A DNA stretch of 63,968 bases, the filler included, from Choristocarpus tenellus KU-1152 (lineage: Eukaryota; Protista; Phaeophyceae): assembly GCA_964200185.2 (NCBI GenBank). It is 10 parts of 10 records of this genome, joined end to end, with 100 filler letters (N's around TTAATTAATTAA, not from the genome) between each part and the next. Parts side by side here need not be neighbours in the genome. Positions count along the whole stretch, not along the records: positions 38,195 to 41,058 come from CAXNAD020024115.1; positions 41,159 to 44,726 come from CAXNAD020019208.1; positions 44,827 to 50,045 come from CAXNAD020011463.1; positions 50,146 to 61,356 come from CAXNAD020002447.1; 6 more parts are not named here. One strand, given 5' to 3'. Both the position numbers and the translations under genes were made by a program. Positions within the stretch are counted from its first letter, which is position 1; each line of letters begins with the position of its first letter. Positions 39,836 to 51,333 of the stretch are shown here, one piece after another. Under the pieces are notes generated by a model. The model did not search any database and was not told the DNA's origin. It saw only the letters and a list, made by a program, of their open reading frames with translations.

Positions 39836-40399
39836 GACTGCACAAGCACAAGCACAAACACCCACATACACACACGTAAAGTACTCTTATTAGTGGTAGT
39901 GGTCTTCGATTCTTCTGTGCAGGATGCCTGCAGTATCAGTGTTAGTTCTGATCACGAGCAATTTTAGATAGACGGCACCCATACAGTTGATTGATGAGTG
40001 AAGCTGGCAACAAGTGAATAAAGTAAAAATGGGTGTGTTGGTAGATACTGTGCAACATGTACCTTCACATACCGTAACAAGGTACAGATAAGGCACGGAC
40101 AAGGTACAAACAGAAGTTACAAACAAACAGGCGACAAAAAGATAGTCGATAGGGTTTGTATTGGTGAATACAATCTGTAAAAGATAAGTATAGACTAGTG
40201 AAGGACTATCTTCAATCATTAGTTAAGAATATAGGCATGTACTACAATAGTGGTCTGCAAACCAAACAAACATAATAACGGCAATATACAACGAACTACA
40301 TAAAATATATCTACTTCAAGTAGTACATACCAAGATTTCAGAGGGCAAAATAAGATGTCAAAAGGCATAATAATAAAAATATGTATCTACATACTAAGG

Positions 40400-41040
40400 A
40401 ACATACCAGACATGCCCGTACCTGCCCCAGGGCAGGAGGACAGGTTCGACAGCACACTCCAATGGTGAAACGCCTACATCAACTATGCAAGGGGATGGGC
40501 ATCCCTTGCACTATGGAGAACAGCAGCCCGTTCACAGTTGACAGGAATCTCTGCATGGATCTAGTTTTTCACACAGGGGCACTGGCGGATGCTGGAACAG
40601 TCCCCTCACGAGACAAAGGCCTTCTACTAGATGTTACATTTACATATTTACAGGCAACCTCCCATATTACACACTCATCCACCAGCAATGGTGTAGCTGC
40701 TGCTACAGCTGATGCGCGAAAGCGCATCCACTATGAGGGCTGTCTTGATCCTCGCAGTTATAACCCCGACAGCTACAGGGTGGAAAGTTTAGGGCACCTC
40801 GGCAAGCAAGCGGAATGCTTCCTGGATGAGCTGGCTACACACATGGGGGGGGGAGGAACTGGAGGATATAGCAGGAAAGGAGCGGTTAAATCTTGGCTAT
40901 GCCAAATTGTCTCAGTAACTACGTAAGTGGCACTGTCTAGACGTGTCATGTGTTTAAAGCTGGAGTCACCAGGGAGATGGGCACGGAGGGGTTTATTGGA
41001 TTATTGGGATGCCTCCCTAGCTCCTCCCCCCGGGGTGCAG
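40400..41040 (+). mobile_element. 3' fragment of a non-LTR retrotransposon with restriction-like endonuclease (CRE/R2-type RLE)
   Basis: HARTC...RQH...L...GIP...E...MD...LLLDVT...AAA.A..RK..HY...VES.G.LG is the zinc-knuckle end, RH motif and PD-(D/E)xK-like RLE. There is an in-frame stop at 40924 and no RT upstream. Confidence 0.8.
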
Positions 41041-41399
41041 GAGTAGGTAGATTGGAGGNNNNNNNNNNNNNNNNNNNNNNNNNNNNNNNNNNNNNNNNNN
41101 NNTTAATTAATTAANNNNNNNNNNNNNNNNNNNNNNNNNNNNNNNNNNNNNNNNNNNNTCGTTTCAGGTTTTCCGCTTCGGAAATACCATCTGGTCTTGT
41201 CATTACAGGTTCGGGAGAAGAAAATTTGCCACTCTTGTTTTCCAAATGGCACGTGGCAATTTCCTTGCACTCTAGGCAGTATGGTACCGCATCCCCTGAG
41301 ACAATCAACACTCGATGTGTAGAATTTTTTCCGAAAATTCTTTAAGGTCCAGCTGAAACCTTTTACTTTCAGGCGTTGGCAGGCACAGTAGAGTGGCAT

Positions 41400-44300
41400 T
41401 CAACAAGTGATCTGGCTCGTTTGCAATCGTCTCTTGACACTCCCGTCCCCATTACACCCCCAAAGACTTGGAATGATGTCTAGAAAGCCCTTATCACTGC
41501 GTTCACTCCCGCCCACACAGTATCAGCCCGTCGACTAACGTCTCTGAAACAGGGGGAGAATGAGTCGGTGGACCAATACACTTTACGTTACACCACAGCC
41601 ATGAATCGAATTCTAGATGACGTTCATCGCACAACGTCGTCCTCAGATGCTGTTGACACGAAAGTTTTGCTTGTCGAGCAACTGAAGATTACGCTGATGG
41701 AAGATGGCTTACTCCCTGCAATTCGTCTTGAACAGATTCGGGACGAACCTGCCACCTCGTTTGCACAAGCTCGTGACCATGCCAAACGGCATGAAGCTAA
41801 CCATTTGTCTGGCAGTAACCCCAACCCCATGACTTACACAAGTGCTGTGACCCACAATTCTCGTCGCGGAAAGGTTCCTCGTAGCGAACTCGAGCAATCC
41901 CAACGAGAGTGCCAACGGCTCCGTACAGAGATGGAACGTCACCGAGCAGGGGAGGCAACCCTCAACAGGGCCCCAGCTCGGTCGTCGACGGGTCCACCTC
42001 CCAAAGCCGGGCACACTGACAGACCAACGCGACCACAAGACACGTCGCCCTATTCAGCCTCACCGTCCAACTCGACGTACACCATGGATCAGCAAAATAG
42101 TGTGTGCCAGTACCTGGGTTGCCAGGCAGCGACTCGTGAGGGTCACACAACCCAGTCGTGCCTGGAAAATCTGCGGGGTGCTAGTTTGCCATACTAGCGT
42201 CGTAGAGGCAGGGGTCGTGGCAGTCGTGTTCGTGTTCGTGAGGCAGTGAGTCAACACCTGGCCATTATGGTCCGCGTCCGAGTGAATGTATCTTAGAGGG
42301 TACGAGTTTTGCCCTGTTTGTCCATTTAGGGCTTGGCTTCCCATGAGTTTTTTACTGATATTTTCCAACTTCAAAATGTGTCGGAGTAGGTAAAATGTGT
42401 GCGTTATGAAAAGGCGTGCCTGGAACAAGGATATTGACACTTCTTGACAGACACGATAGCCAAAATTACAACAAAATCGCAACATTGGATTTTGGCCCCC
42501 AAATGGACGCGGCGCTACCCTCTAAGATACTTTGACTCGTTCCTAAGGGTGCCCAGGTGGATTTGACTCCTGTTCACTTGGGAACAGCCATGGTGTTGTT
42601 GTTGACACCATTGTAGGGAGTGGCAAGCGTCAGAGGTTGACACCAGTCACACCTCTTGCGCTACAGGTATCGTTTATTGCCTGCACGCGTGTCACTAAGC
42701 ATTTGCCATTAGTCCAACCAAACTCGTGTAATAATAATGAAACTTGATTCAACAGTTCTTTGTGCAGATACCCGTCCATGCCCAAACCTTTGTCGTTTTC
42801 ATCACAAAGGGTGCGTGTTTCTGGCACCGTTGAAGAACAAGAGGAAAATGAATTGACAATTGAGACAGCCAATGATGTACCATGTATTTCTGAAATATTT
42901 GTTCGCAATCACCCTCAACTGAAACGTTTTGATGTGCATCCTATCCCACCTAGTGCAATAAATCTACGTGCAGCAAATGGTTCACCTTTGCATATTCGTG
43001 GATTTATTCGTTTTGCAATTACACTTAGTGACACCACATTGCCAGTTGAAGCTTTAGTGATTCCCCAACTTGCTCCCGATAAAATTCTGCTTGATAATAG
43101 TCTTATGCAGGCATTCGGTGCAATCCTTGATTGGCAAGAACAACGTCTTTCATTCACAACAGTTCGTGTACCATTCCAGCAAGGCATCACATGACAAGGA
43201 GCCCCACTCAAGTACGTGATACAAGTACAACTCCTTCGTGTTCTGTGAGTGCATATTGGCAGATTCCTGTTGCTGAGGATGACATTGATAAAACCGCTTT
43301 TGTCACGTCCAGAGGCAAATACGTTTTTAAGAGGATGCCCTTTGGGATATCAAATGCCCCTTGGCAATTTCAAATAATCGTGTCCTTAGCCTTTGCCAAC
43401 TTTGGTCCATTGAGTGGGTTGCTAGTTTACATGGATGATCTGATTGCTTGTTCTCCCACATGGGAAGGACATATACACTTACTAGAACAGCAGTTCAAAG
43501 CGTTACAAGCAGCAGGTTTAACTTTGAAACCGTCAAAGATCCAGTTTGGACCCAAAGAAGTACGTTACCTGGGTCACATTTTATCGTCTGAAGGGATTCG
43601 TATCGGTGAGGATCGTGTCCGTGCAATCACTGAATTACCCAAACCCACCACCATCAAAGAACTTCGATCTGTCCTAGGTATGATAAATTTTGTGCGTAAA
43701 TTCATACCCAACTTAGCCACAGTAATCGAACCGTTAGTTCTTCTCACTAAGAAAGGTGTCAATAAGAGAGTGGATAAAGAATGGGGATTGGACCAGGACG
43801 TGGCATTTTTTAAAGTAAAACAATTACTCACTGCTGCCCCGGTTCTCGTGTTCCCTGACTTTACCAAAGAATTCATCATCCATGTTGATGCCAGTGAGAG
43901 TGGTGCTGGAGGTTTTTTAGCACAACATCGATCCGACAATCCTGCAGAGACCCAGGTATCATTGCATACTTCAGCAAGAAATTTAATGAAGCTCAACGTC
44001 AATATTCAGCTACACTAAGAGAGTGTTATGCAGTCGTTACAGCCATCACGCATTGGCGACCGTATCTTTGGGGTAGAAACTTCACCTGCATCACAGATAA
44101 TGCCGCATTGTGTTACTTGTATAGAATGCAGGATACCAGTAACATGCTTACTCGTTGGGCTATTGCTCTTCAAGCATATGATTTCACAGTTAAGCACAAG
44201 CCTGGTAAGTTCAATCTAATACCTGATACTCTATCTCGTATTTTCAAGTTTGAGGAACACAAGAGAAATCTGTTGCTCCAATGCTGGCACCAATTTGTCG

Positions 44301-44726
44301 TAATGTGCCTGAAGGTGGTCGTGCATTTACACACGTGCTCAAAAGGAAGATGAGTTATCTGCTTCTAACCTTGACCAAGCAACGCACGTCCAAAGTGATC
44401 GTGAACTATTTACTAGTTCCACTACCGTGCTTCCTTCAGTGGACCCGGAGCAATTGCGCAAGGAGCAGGAGTCCGAGTTCGGACCATATTTCAGGTATTT
44501 GCAGTCCCCCAGCATCGCCCCACTGCCTGATAAGGAATCGACGACGTCTATATCGTATTTTTTCCTTCGTAATGGCTTACTGTATCGTTCGTATTTACCA
44601 GGCCATCTTCGTAAGAGGAGCACATTTAGAGACCAGTTGGTCGTTCCTCACTCGTTAGTCCGTCTTGTACTCCATGCTTGTCATGACCATGCATTGTCTG
44701 GAGGTCACTTTAGTTTCAAACCCACG
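41400..44726 (+). mobile_element. Ty3/Gypsy LTR retrotransposon internal region (gag, protease, RT, RNase H, start of integrase), degenerate
   Basis: Gag LKQGENESVDQY; protease LRAANGSPL..G..ILLDNS; RT SAYWQI..KTAF..MPFG..YMDD; RNase H DAS..G.G..LAQ and RW...LQ.YDF; integrase zinc finger H....GGH. Frameshifts are present, the RT N-terminus is deleted near 43245, and no LTRs are on the contig. Confidence 0.95.
42280..42538. mobile_element. MITE family A copy inserted in the Gypsy element
   Basis: gagtgaatgtatcttagagggta ... taccctctaagatactttgactc. Confidence 0.9.
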
Positions 44727-47700
44727 NNNNNNNNNNNNNNNNNNNNNNNNNNNNNNNNNNNNNNNNNNNNTTAATTAATTAANNNNNNNNNNNNNNNNNN
44801 NNNNNNNNNNNNNNNNNNNNNNNNNNGCAGGACCCGGGGGGAGCTCGGGTTCAGGAGTGACAGGGGATGTTGGTGACAGGGGGGGGAAGAGGAGGTCGTT
44901 CGGAATTGGGGGGGATAGGAGGGGTGCAAGGGGCACAAGCAGGGGTAAGGAGGATGGGCCTCTGACAAGTGGGAAGGGGTAGGGTTCTCGCTTCTTGTTG
45001 GGGGCTCTGCTGTGGTGTAGGCTTCCTTTTTAACTCTGTTGTGTTCTTCGAACCATGCGTTCTGACCTATGCTTGAGGTTTTTAGGTATCCTGACTGCGT
45101 CGCAGTTCTGTCCACGTCTGAAAGAGAATGTGTTGCTACTCTCCTTGAACGTGCATGTTTGTTTGTTTGTTTGTTTGGGTGGGGGGGGGGGTTGAATTGT
45201 TAAGGGACTAACTACGGTGTGTGCTAGGGACTGGTGCGGAACTTGATGGAGTAGAGGTTTTCTACACATTGATATTTTGGCCCAGTGCAGCATTTTGCTG
45301 AGCTGTTGTCTTGTTTTACCATGAATGAGCGTGTGTGTTTCTTCCCTTTGATTGGATTTTTTTTATGCTGACGGTAGGGAAAAATGAGATTCTGGTGTGT
45401 AGGGTTCACAACACGATTTTTTGGGGGCGTTGGTTTTTAGGTTCGAGATTCAGAATATAGTTTTTTCTAATTTACATCTTGCAAGAACCCACAGTACAAT
45501 TACTTCAGAGACACAAGTGTTTCGAACCTCAGTTTTGCCAAGTGTTTCGGGAGTCGCTCTCATAGACAGGATCAAATTATAATCAGTGTGGGGTAGGCTC
45601 CTGGGGTGCTATGGTGTTAGCGGTAGGAATAGTAGCTGCACTGGATTTTCATCTAGATATTCAGGCGTGCATTCGTATATTAATGTCCGTGATCCGGTCT
45701 GGTTGATTACTTTGCCGGTTCCGGACGTGTTCCACTGAAAGATATTTTCCTGGGGCTGGTTCTCGGCCCAGTCCAGTTCAAATCTCTGATGGATACGGAT
45801 GAAGGAATGTATGTTGGCTGTTTCAGGGCGATTAACAGGGGGTTGGACCCTCCTGGTCAAAAATATGCATATCTGACCCCCAAAATGTCCCACATTCGTG
45901 TGGGAATTAAAAACTTTCATGAAAATGTCTCGAGCTGAATAATTTCCTGGGTCATGATAGGATTAGCCGAGAGCTGAATGGACCAGCCAGGTCCGTACAA
46001 TTATTGTCTTGTTGGGCTGCAGGCAATAATCCGGTTTCAAATTCTGATTGTCCTGGACTGGCCATGCTAAACGATATTTCACATGAGGCGCTGACCCATG
46101 GCCTGGTCTGGTTCCAAACCCATGGCAATTTTGGACCAGCCTTGTCTTCAACATATTTCACGAGTGGGGCTGGCCCACACCTGGATCGGTCTTGTTAAAA
46201 ACGTATGTTGATCGGGATTGGTCTAGGGTCCGGTTCAGTCACATTCCTGAAGAAAGTAATTTCTACCCATGTGATTGTGGACAAACCAAATATATGCCAG
46301 GTTTATTATATTTTTGTGTTATTATTATTATTATTATTTATTTATTTTCATCTATTATCTAAGCCTCAATGTGCAGCGTATCTGAGGGGCCCTTCTCAGT
46401 CTAGCACAGTCTTCCAACCAGCAAGGTGTACAGAGCTGAAAGAGGGAAGCAGAGAGAAGCATGATCATGTAGCGAGACATGTTGGAAGTACTTTTATGTG
46501 TATGTATGGAGGGGATGCTAATAATGCACGTTCCTACCGAGATGCGTGAAGTTTTCCGTTTTCTTATTTTACCCCTGAAAAGTGTTAATGCGATTATTCG
46601 TTTGGAAGTACTACTATTGATAAGGACCCGGCTCTACCAACAATACAGTCATCAACTGCAACAACTGTTGTTTAATTGACTCACTTCAATTTCAAGAATT
46701 GAAAAATATTAGACATCGTAACGAACTGAAAGAGGGTTATTATCGACATTTTCAATTTTGTGGGGGTGGGTGGGGTACTTTTTTTTAGTCTAAAGTCATG
46801 AACCCATAATTCTTACTAGCCATCATTCTGTTTTTTTGTTCTTTGTTATTGTATTGTGAGGTTGTAAGCAGTATAGATCTGTTTTTGGATCTTACTCCAT
46901 TTGTTATCGGTGTCTTTTCTACGTATACATCCCAAGAATTTTCTTTCTGCATAAAATTAGTGATCGATCCATCATCTTCACTCTTCGCAGTCAAACTGAT
47001 CAATCACACATTCAGTCTTGAGAAAATAATGACCTATAATCCATCTCAGATATTACAGGACATCATTCTGGTTCTTCTGGTGATGGGGAAAAATAAATAA
47101 AGGAGAGTTCAAGTCAAAATTTCAGGTCTCTGGTGAACCCTTCAAAACCCAGGAGGCGCTTTACTCATGGTGGTATGAACCTCTGTACTTGGCACACGAC
47201 AGTTAGTTACGTTGAATTATTATTTGGGAACTTTCTAGCTGAACTGAATTCAAACATTATGAATTATTTCAGTTTACAACACCACTAATCAAAACAAAAC
47301 ATTTTGATGTCATCATCACCATCCATAGGCATTGTACATCTCTCCAAACAAGTTGAAACCATCAGGAATAAGAATACTGAAGTAAGAAAACAGAACAGAA
47401 AAGAGTTAACTTGAGGCATCTCTTAAAATAGCAGGAGAAAGATCTCTTTTCCCGAAAGAAACTTCTGGTGGTGGACAAAGAGAAAATTGGAAGAACAAGA
47501 GATATTTATCTGTAGCTAAGAAGGACAACAGTATGGTATCATTCCATTCAAGAAACTCCTCTATGCAATTTGTTGATATACAGTGTGGTGATGATACCAG
47601 CGACGGCCGACACTGCGGTAGTAAAGTCCTCCTAGAGAGTTTGGTGTAGAGGTTGGTACAAAAATCGTCTGTGCCTTCGATGTCTCTAAATTTGGCATTG

Positions 47701-48341
47701 TTTGGATCTTCCTCACTAGGCCAATTGGATGATGTGACGTTTGATGGTTCTTGCTTCCAGCCCACAGAAGGGGATTCTTTTCGTAATATCAGCGTATCGT
47801 ACTTCATTGTGCGTTGTATCTCTTGTCTGGATGGAGGGGGGAGTGCTCCCCAATTCTAGTGCGTGAAGTCCCCCCTGCTGGAGCTCGTGTCGATTTCCAG
47901 AATAAAAAAATTATCTATGAACCGCCAAAACAAATGAAGTGCACCTATATAATAAATATATATTTATAGGAGAAAATTCTCAGACAAAATAGGCAACAAT
48001 CAGTTTGTTGCATTCATTGCCCATCAGCCCCAATCATTCAGTACAAAGTATTGAAGTTACATGCACATGTACTCCATAGCCCTACATATTTATGAAAGGT
48101 ACAATCCTGTATGCAAAAAGTCTACTCACTAAACATCCTTGGGACGTGGAGTAGCTCACAATATGAGTTTCTGAATCAACACAGCATGCATTTAATTAAC
48201 AACCTGTCCCACGCCAGTTCCCCACCTCTAAGACCCACAATCACCTCTAACTGCCTGTTGGTTGTATCCATCCAAATAACCGTCAGCTACATCTCTGTCA
48301 CTAAACACTCTTCAAAATTTGATGTTCCAAGAACTCCTGCA

Positions 48342-48896
48342 CTATAGCTTGTTCGCCCGTCTACCCTTCGCCTTTCTCCCTCCAACTCCCACCTCACTAT
48401 CCTTCTTGCCCTTCATAGTCCTCTCTGTCTTCCCCTTAGAGGTCATCGCCTCCTCCCCCGGAAACCTCCTCCAATACGCCACACTACACGCGTGAGTAAC
48501 CGCCCACGACAAACACGCCCACCACACCAGGAAACCCAAGATCCCTTCCCAAGCCTCCTCGGGGATTGGAGGGATAGCAAAACCAAAAGATGACAGTCCC
48601 ACAACTTCTTGTCCTCCATCCCCAGGGGTCTTCGATTCCAGGCCATTCCCAGATGATGTCCCCTCAAATGCCGTCACCCCAGAGAGGACCTCCAACGGCG
48701 GCGCTCTAAAAGCCCACCGAAGAGAGCGGCAGACCCCCAATCCCCCTTCTCCAAGGCTGTCACCATCACCAGATGAATGTACAAGGAGGGCTGTAGCAAG
48801 ACCAACGGTGAGGACAGGGGCTAGATACTGCGAAGCGCCCATGACCAGGAACTGGAAACGCGCATTGAATTTGTCGATGATCACCTTGGCATTCAC
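48342..48896 (-). CDS. TMEM161: TMEM161-family membrane protein, terminal exon
   Basis: Follows an AAG acceptor at 48897. FQFLVMGASQYLAPVL...LL and GILGFLVWW..LSW.......Y match the TMEM161 C-terminal QY.AP and G...FL.WW motifs. Stop at 48342-48344. Confidence 0.75.
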   Translation of the reverse strand: MNAKVIIDKFNARFQFLVMGASQYLAPVLTVGLATALLVHSSGDGDSLGEGGLGVCRSLRWAFRAPPLEVLSGVTAFEGTSSGNGLESKTPGDGGQEVVGLSSFGFAIPPIPEEAWEGILGFLVWWACLSWAVTHACSVAYWRRFPGEEAMTSKGKTERTMKGKKDSEVGVGGRKAKGRRANKL

Positions 48897-49044
48897 CTTT
48901 GGTTCAATGGTGTGTGGTGTGGTGTGGTGTGGAGGTGTAAGTTGAGGGAAGGGGAGGGGGAACGGATGGACGAAGGGCTGCAGTGTTGTCATTATTGTTC
49001 TTATGGATACTGCTATCATGATTATTCTAATTTAAAACTACTAC

Positions 49045-49090
49045 AATAATAATAATAATAATAATTATTATTATTATTATTATTATTATT
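49045..49090. repeat. (AAT)n/(TTA)n microsatellite forming a perfect 40-bp palindrome
   Basis: 49045-49064 is the reverse complement of 49065-49084. Confidence 0.9.
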
Positions 49091-49169
49091 CGGATCTTAC
49101 ACACGTGGAATCTCACAAGTCTGTCTGTACTGGCAAAGGAGATACTTGTTCATGTATGGAGGAGAGGGG

Positions 49170-49200
<31 letters not shown>

Positions 49201-49984
49201 TAGGAGTCTGTTGGTCTTGGGGGGCAGTCTCGGCATGAGGACTATGGCACATGAAAAGCATTGATGGTGTCCATTTGTTGTGTACACTTGGTGCTGCAGA
49301 GGGGTCGATTGCAAAAGCAAAGCGCTGCATCTGGGGCGAGGAGAGGGTGAAACCAGGAGATCTTTGCGCCTTCCTCCCAACACTTTTGGAACGGATCTCC
49401 TTCTTCTTCCCCTCCAGAAACAGAATCCCTGCATTCTTACCTCCTCTGAATTAACCTGCTCTAGCTATCATCACCAACACAAACCACTACTTCACACCAT
49501 TGGTGAGGCAGTATCACCACCGGCAGGAGCATATTCTTCACACCCAAGAAAACACCTAACAAAATCAAGGAAAAATATCAATCAGGTCCTTCAACTCTCA
49601 TCGCTTTTGTTTCACGCCAACCCACCGAAAACAAAAAGAAAAATATATATATATATTTTTATTTTTTCCCATTAAAAAATAAACAAATTATGAAACCGCT
49701 TTACCCTATCAAGCATCAACTAGACAACACCTCTCAGTGACAGTCACGCAATCCCCCCCCAAAAAAACTCCCAATCAATGCACAGGCACTTCGAAATAAA
49801 TCCCACCCTCCCCTCAAACCCAAGTCTGATCCACACACTACCAAACCCACCGACGCACCTTCCTCTCCCTCAAGTCTTGCAAGACCACCCTCTGCACCCC
49901 GTCCAAGAACGCCTGAAGCTGAGAACCCAGGAGCAACATCCGGACAACCGCTGCCGCACCAGCAAGCCATACCATTGCCCTCAG

Positions 49985-50045
<61 letters not shown>

Positions 50046-50399
50046 NNNNNNNNNNNNNNNNNNNNNNNNNNNNNNNNNNNNNNNNNNNNTTAATTAATTA
50101 ANNNNNNNNNNNNNNNNNNNNNNNNNNNNNNNNNNNNNNNNNNNNAAAATAAACTGGAAAAAAGGGGGGGGGGGGGGGGAGGTATACTTACACACCCCAT
50201 TCATATTTCATAACACTCTTACCAGAGCAAATTTCACTGAAAAAAAATCATTCCTCAAAAAAAACATGAAAAAGCATATTTATGTCCTTCCAACATTTCA
50301 TACAAAAAACAAAAAAACGTGCAACACCCTCTACAAAACACCACAAGCAATCACAACACGAACAAAAACCAAAACAAAAAAAGAAAGAGCCCCCTTCTG

Positions 50400-51273
50400 C
50401 CAACCCCAATGATGCACCTCACCACCACCCCTTTTCAAGCCATCTCGTCGATATAGGCGGCGGTGGCCGCAGTAGCAGTGGTGTCCTTGGTAGCAGACCC
50501 ATCACGCGCTTCTCCCGACTGGCCTCGTCCACAAATACCTGAAAGTACTTTATGCCCGTCATGTCCAGGTTGAAGGGTTCCTCCAGGTCTGTTTGCACCA
50601 CCTCCCCAACCGTTTTGGGACTGCAGCCACCCAGTGCGTAACTGAGTGCCTCGGACTTGCACTTCTTTCATACCTACCTGGCAGTTGTGTTCGGAGGCGA
50701 CTGTAGTATCTGCGATGTCCAGGAGGCCTCGCTTCTCCAGATGCTTGATCGCGAATGGGTAGAGGTCAGCCATGATGTTGTGCTAGTTGGAGAGGGAGAG
50801 GCACTGCTGCTTATTGGTGTAGCTAGCATTGACCGTTGCCTGGCCCTTCCCGTTTTTTACGTGAAACTGGGCCCGCAGCATCAGGAAGGCTCCCTTCTCC
50901 TCGAAATGGATCTTGGCCGCCCCTTACCAAGTGGGGAGAAGCCAGACAAGACATTGCGTCCCGAGTATGTGGAAGGACGTTTACCAAACACACATGAACC
51001 TTTAGACTACTAGCCTATATTGCACAAATATTTTTAGCTGACTGACCCTGGACGACTGACGCAGCTACCACTGTCGCAGATCGATTGACGTAGTTCTACT
51101 GACGCAGATCGAATGATTTAGTGCGCCTGACGCAGATACCTTCTGCCGTGTCTGCTGATGTGCGTAATAGATAACGAAGCAGAGCATCCTCCAGCTTGAG
51201 GGATGGTGCTTGTCTAAGAAATTTATCCCTACCAGATAAATTAATATTTTTATTCGAACAGCTCTTTTTGCAC
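50400..51273 (-). mobile_element. Copia family A integrase fragment plus LTR pieces in both orientations
   Basis: The minus strand VQTDLEEPFNLDMTGIKYFQVFVDEASR is near-identical to 57120-57215. 50985-51027 and 51040-51273 match opposite ends of the family A LTR. Confidence 0.88.
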
Positions 51274-51333
51274 AGTATGTGAGCCTCGCACGATTCATCT
51301 TTGTCGAGCATATATTATTGCATATGGAGAAGC

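Noticed and set aside
39500-39940. Possible minus-strand exons (ASCTEESKTTTTNK-NFAENLDNKQCLQRAHKSIEDQIIFFL)
   Set aside because: Phases are compatible, but the donor is weak and no family is recognisable; insufficient support.
49778-50045. Proline-rich ORF
   Set aside because: Poly-Pro comes from a C homopolymer at a contig end.
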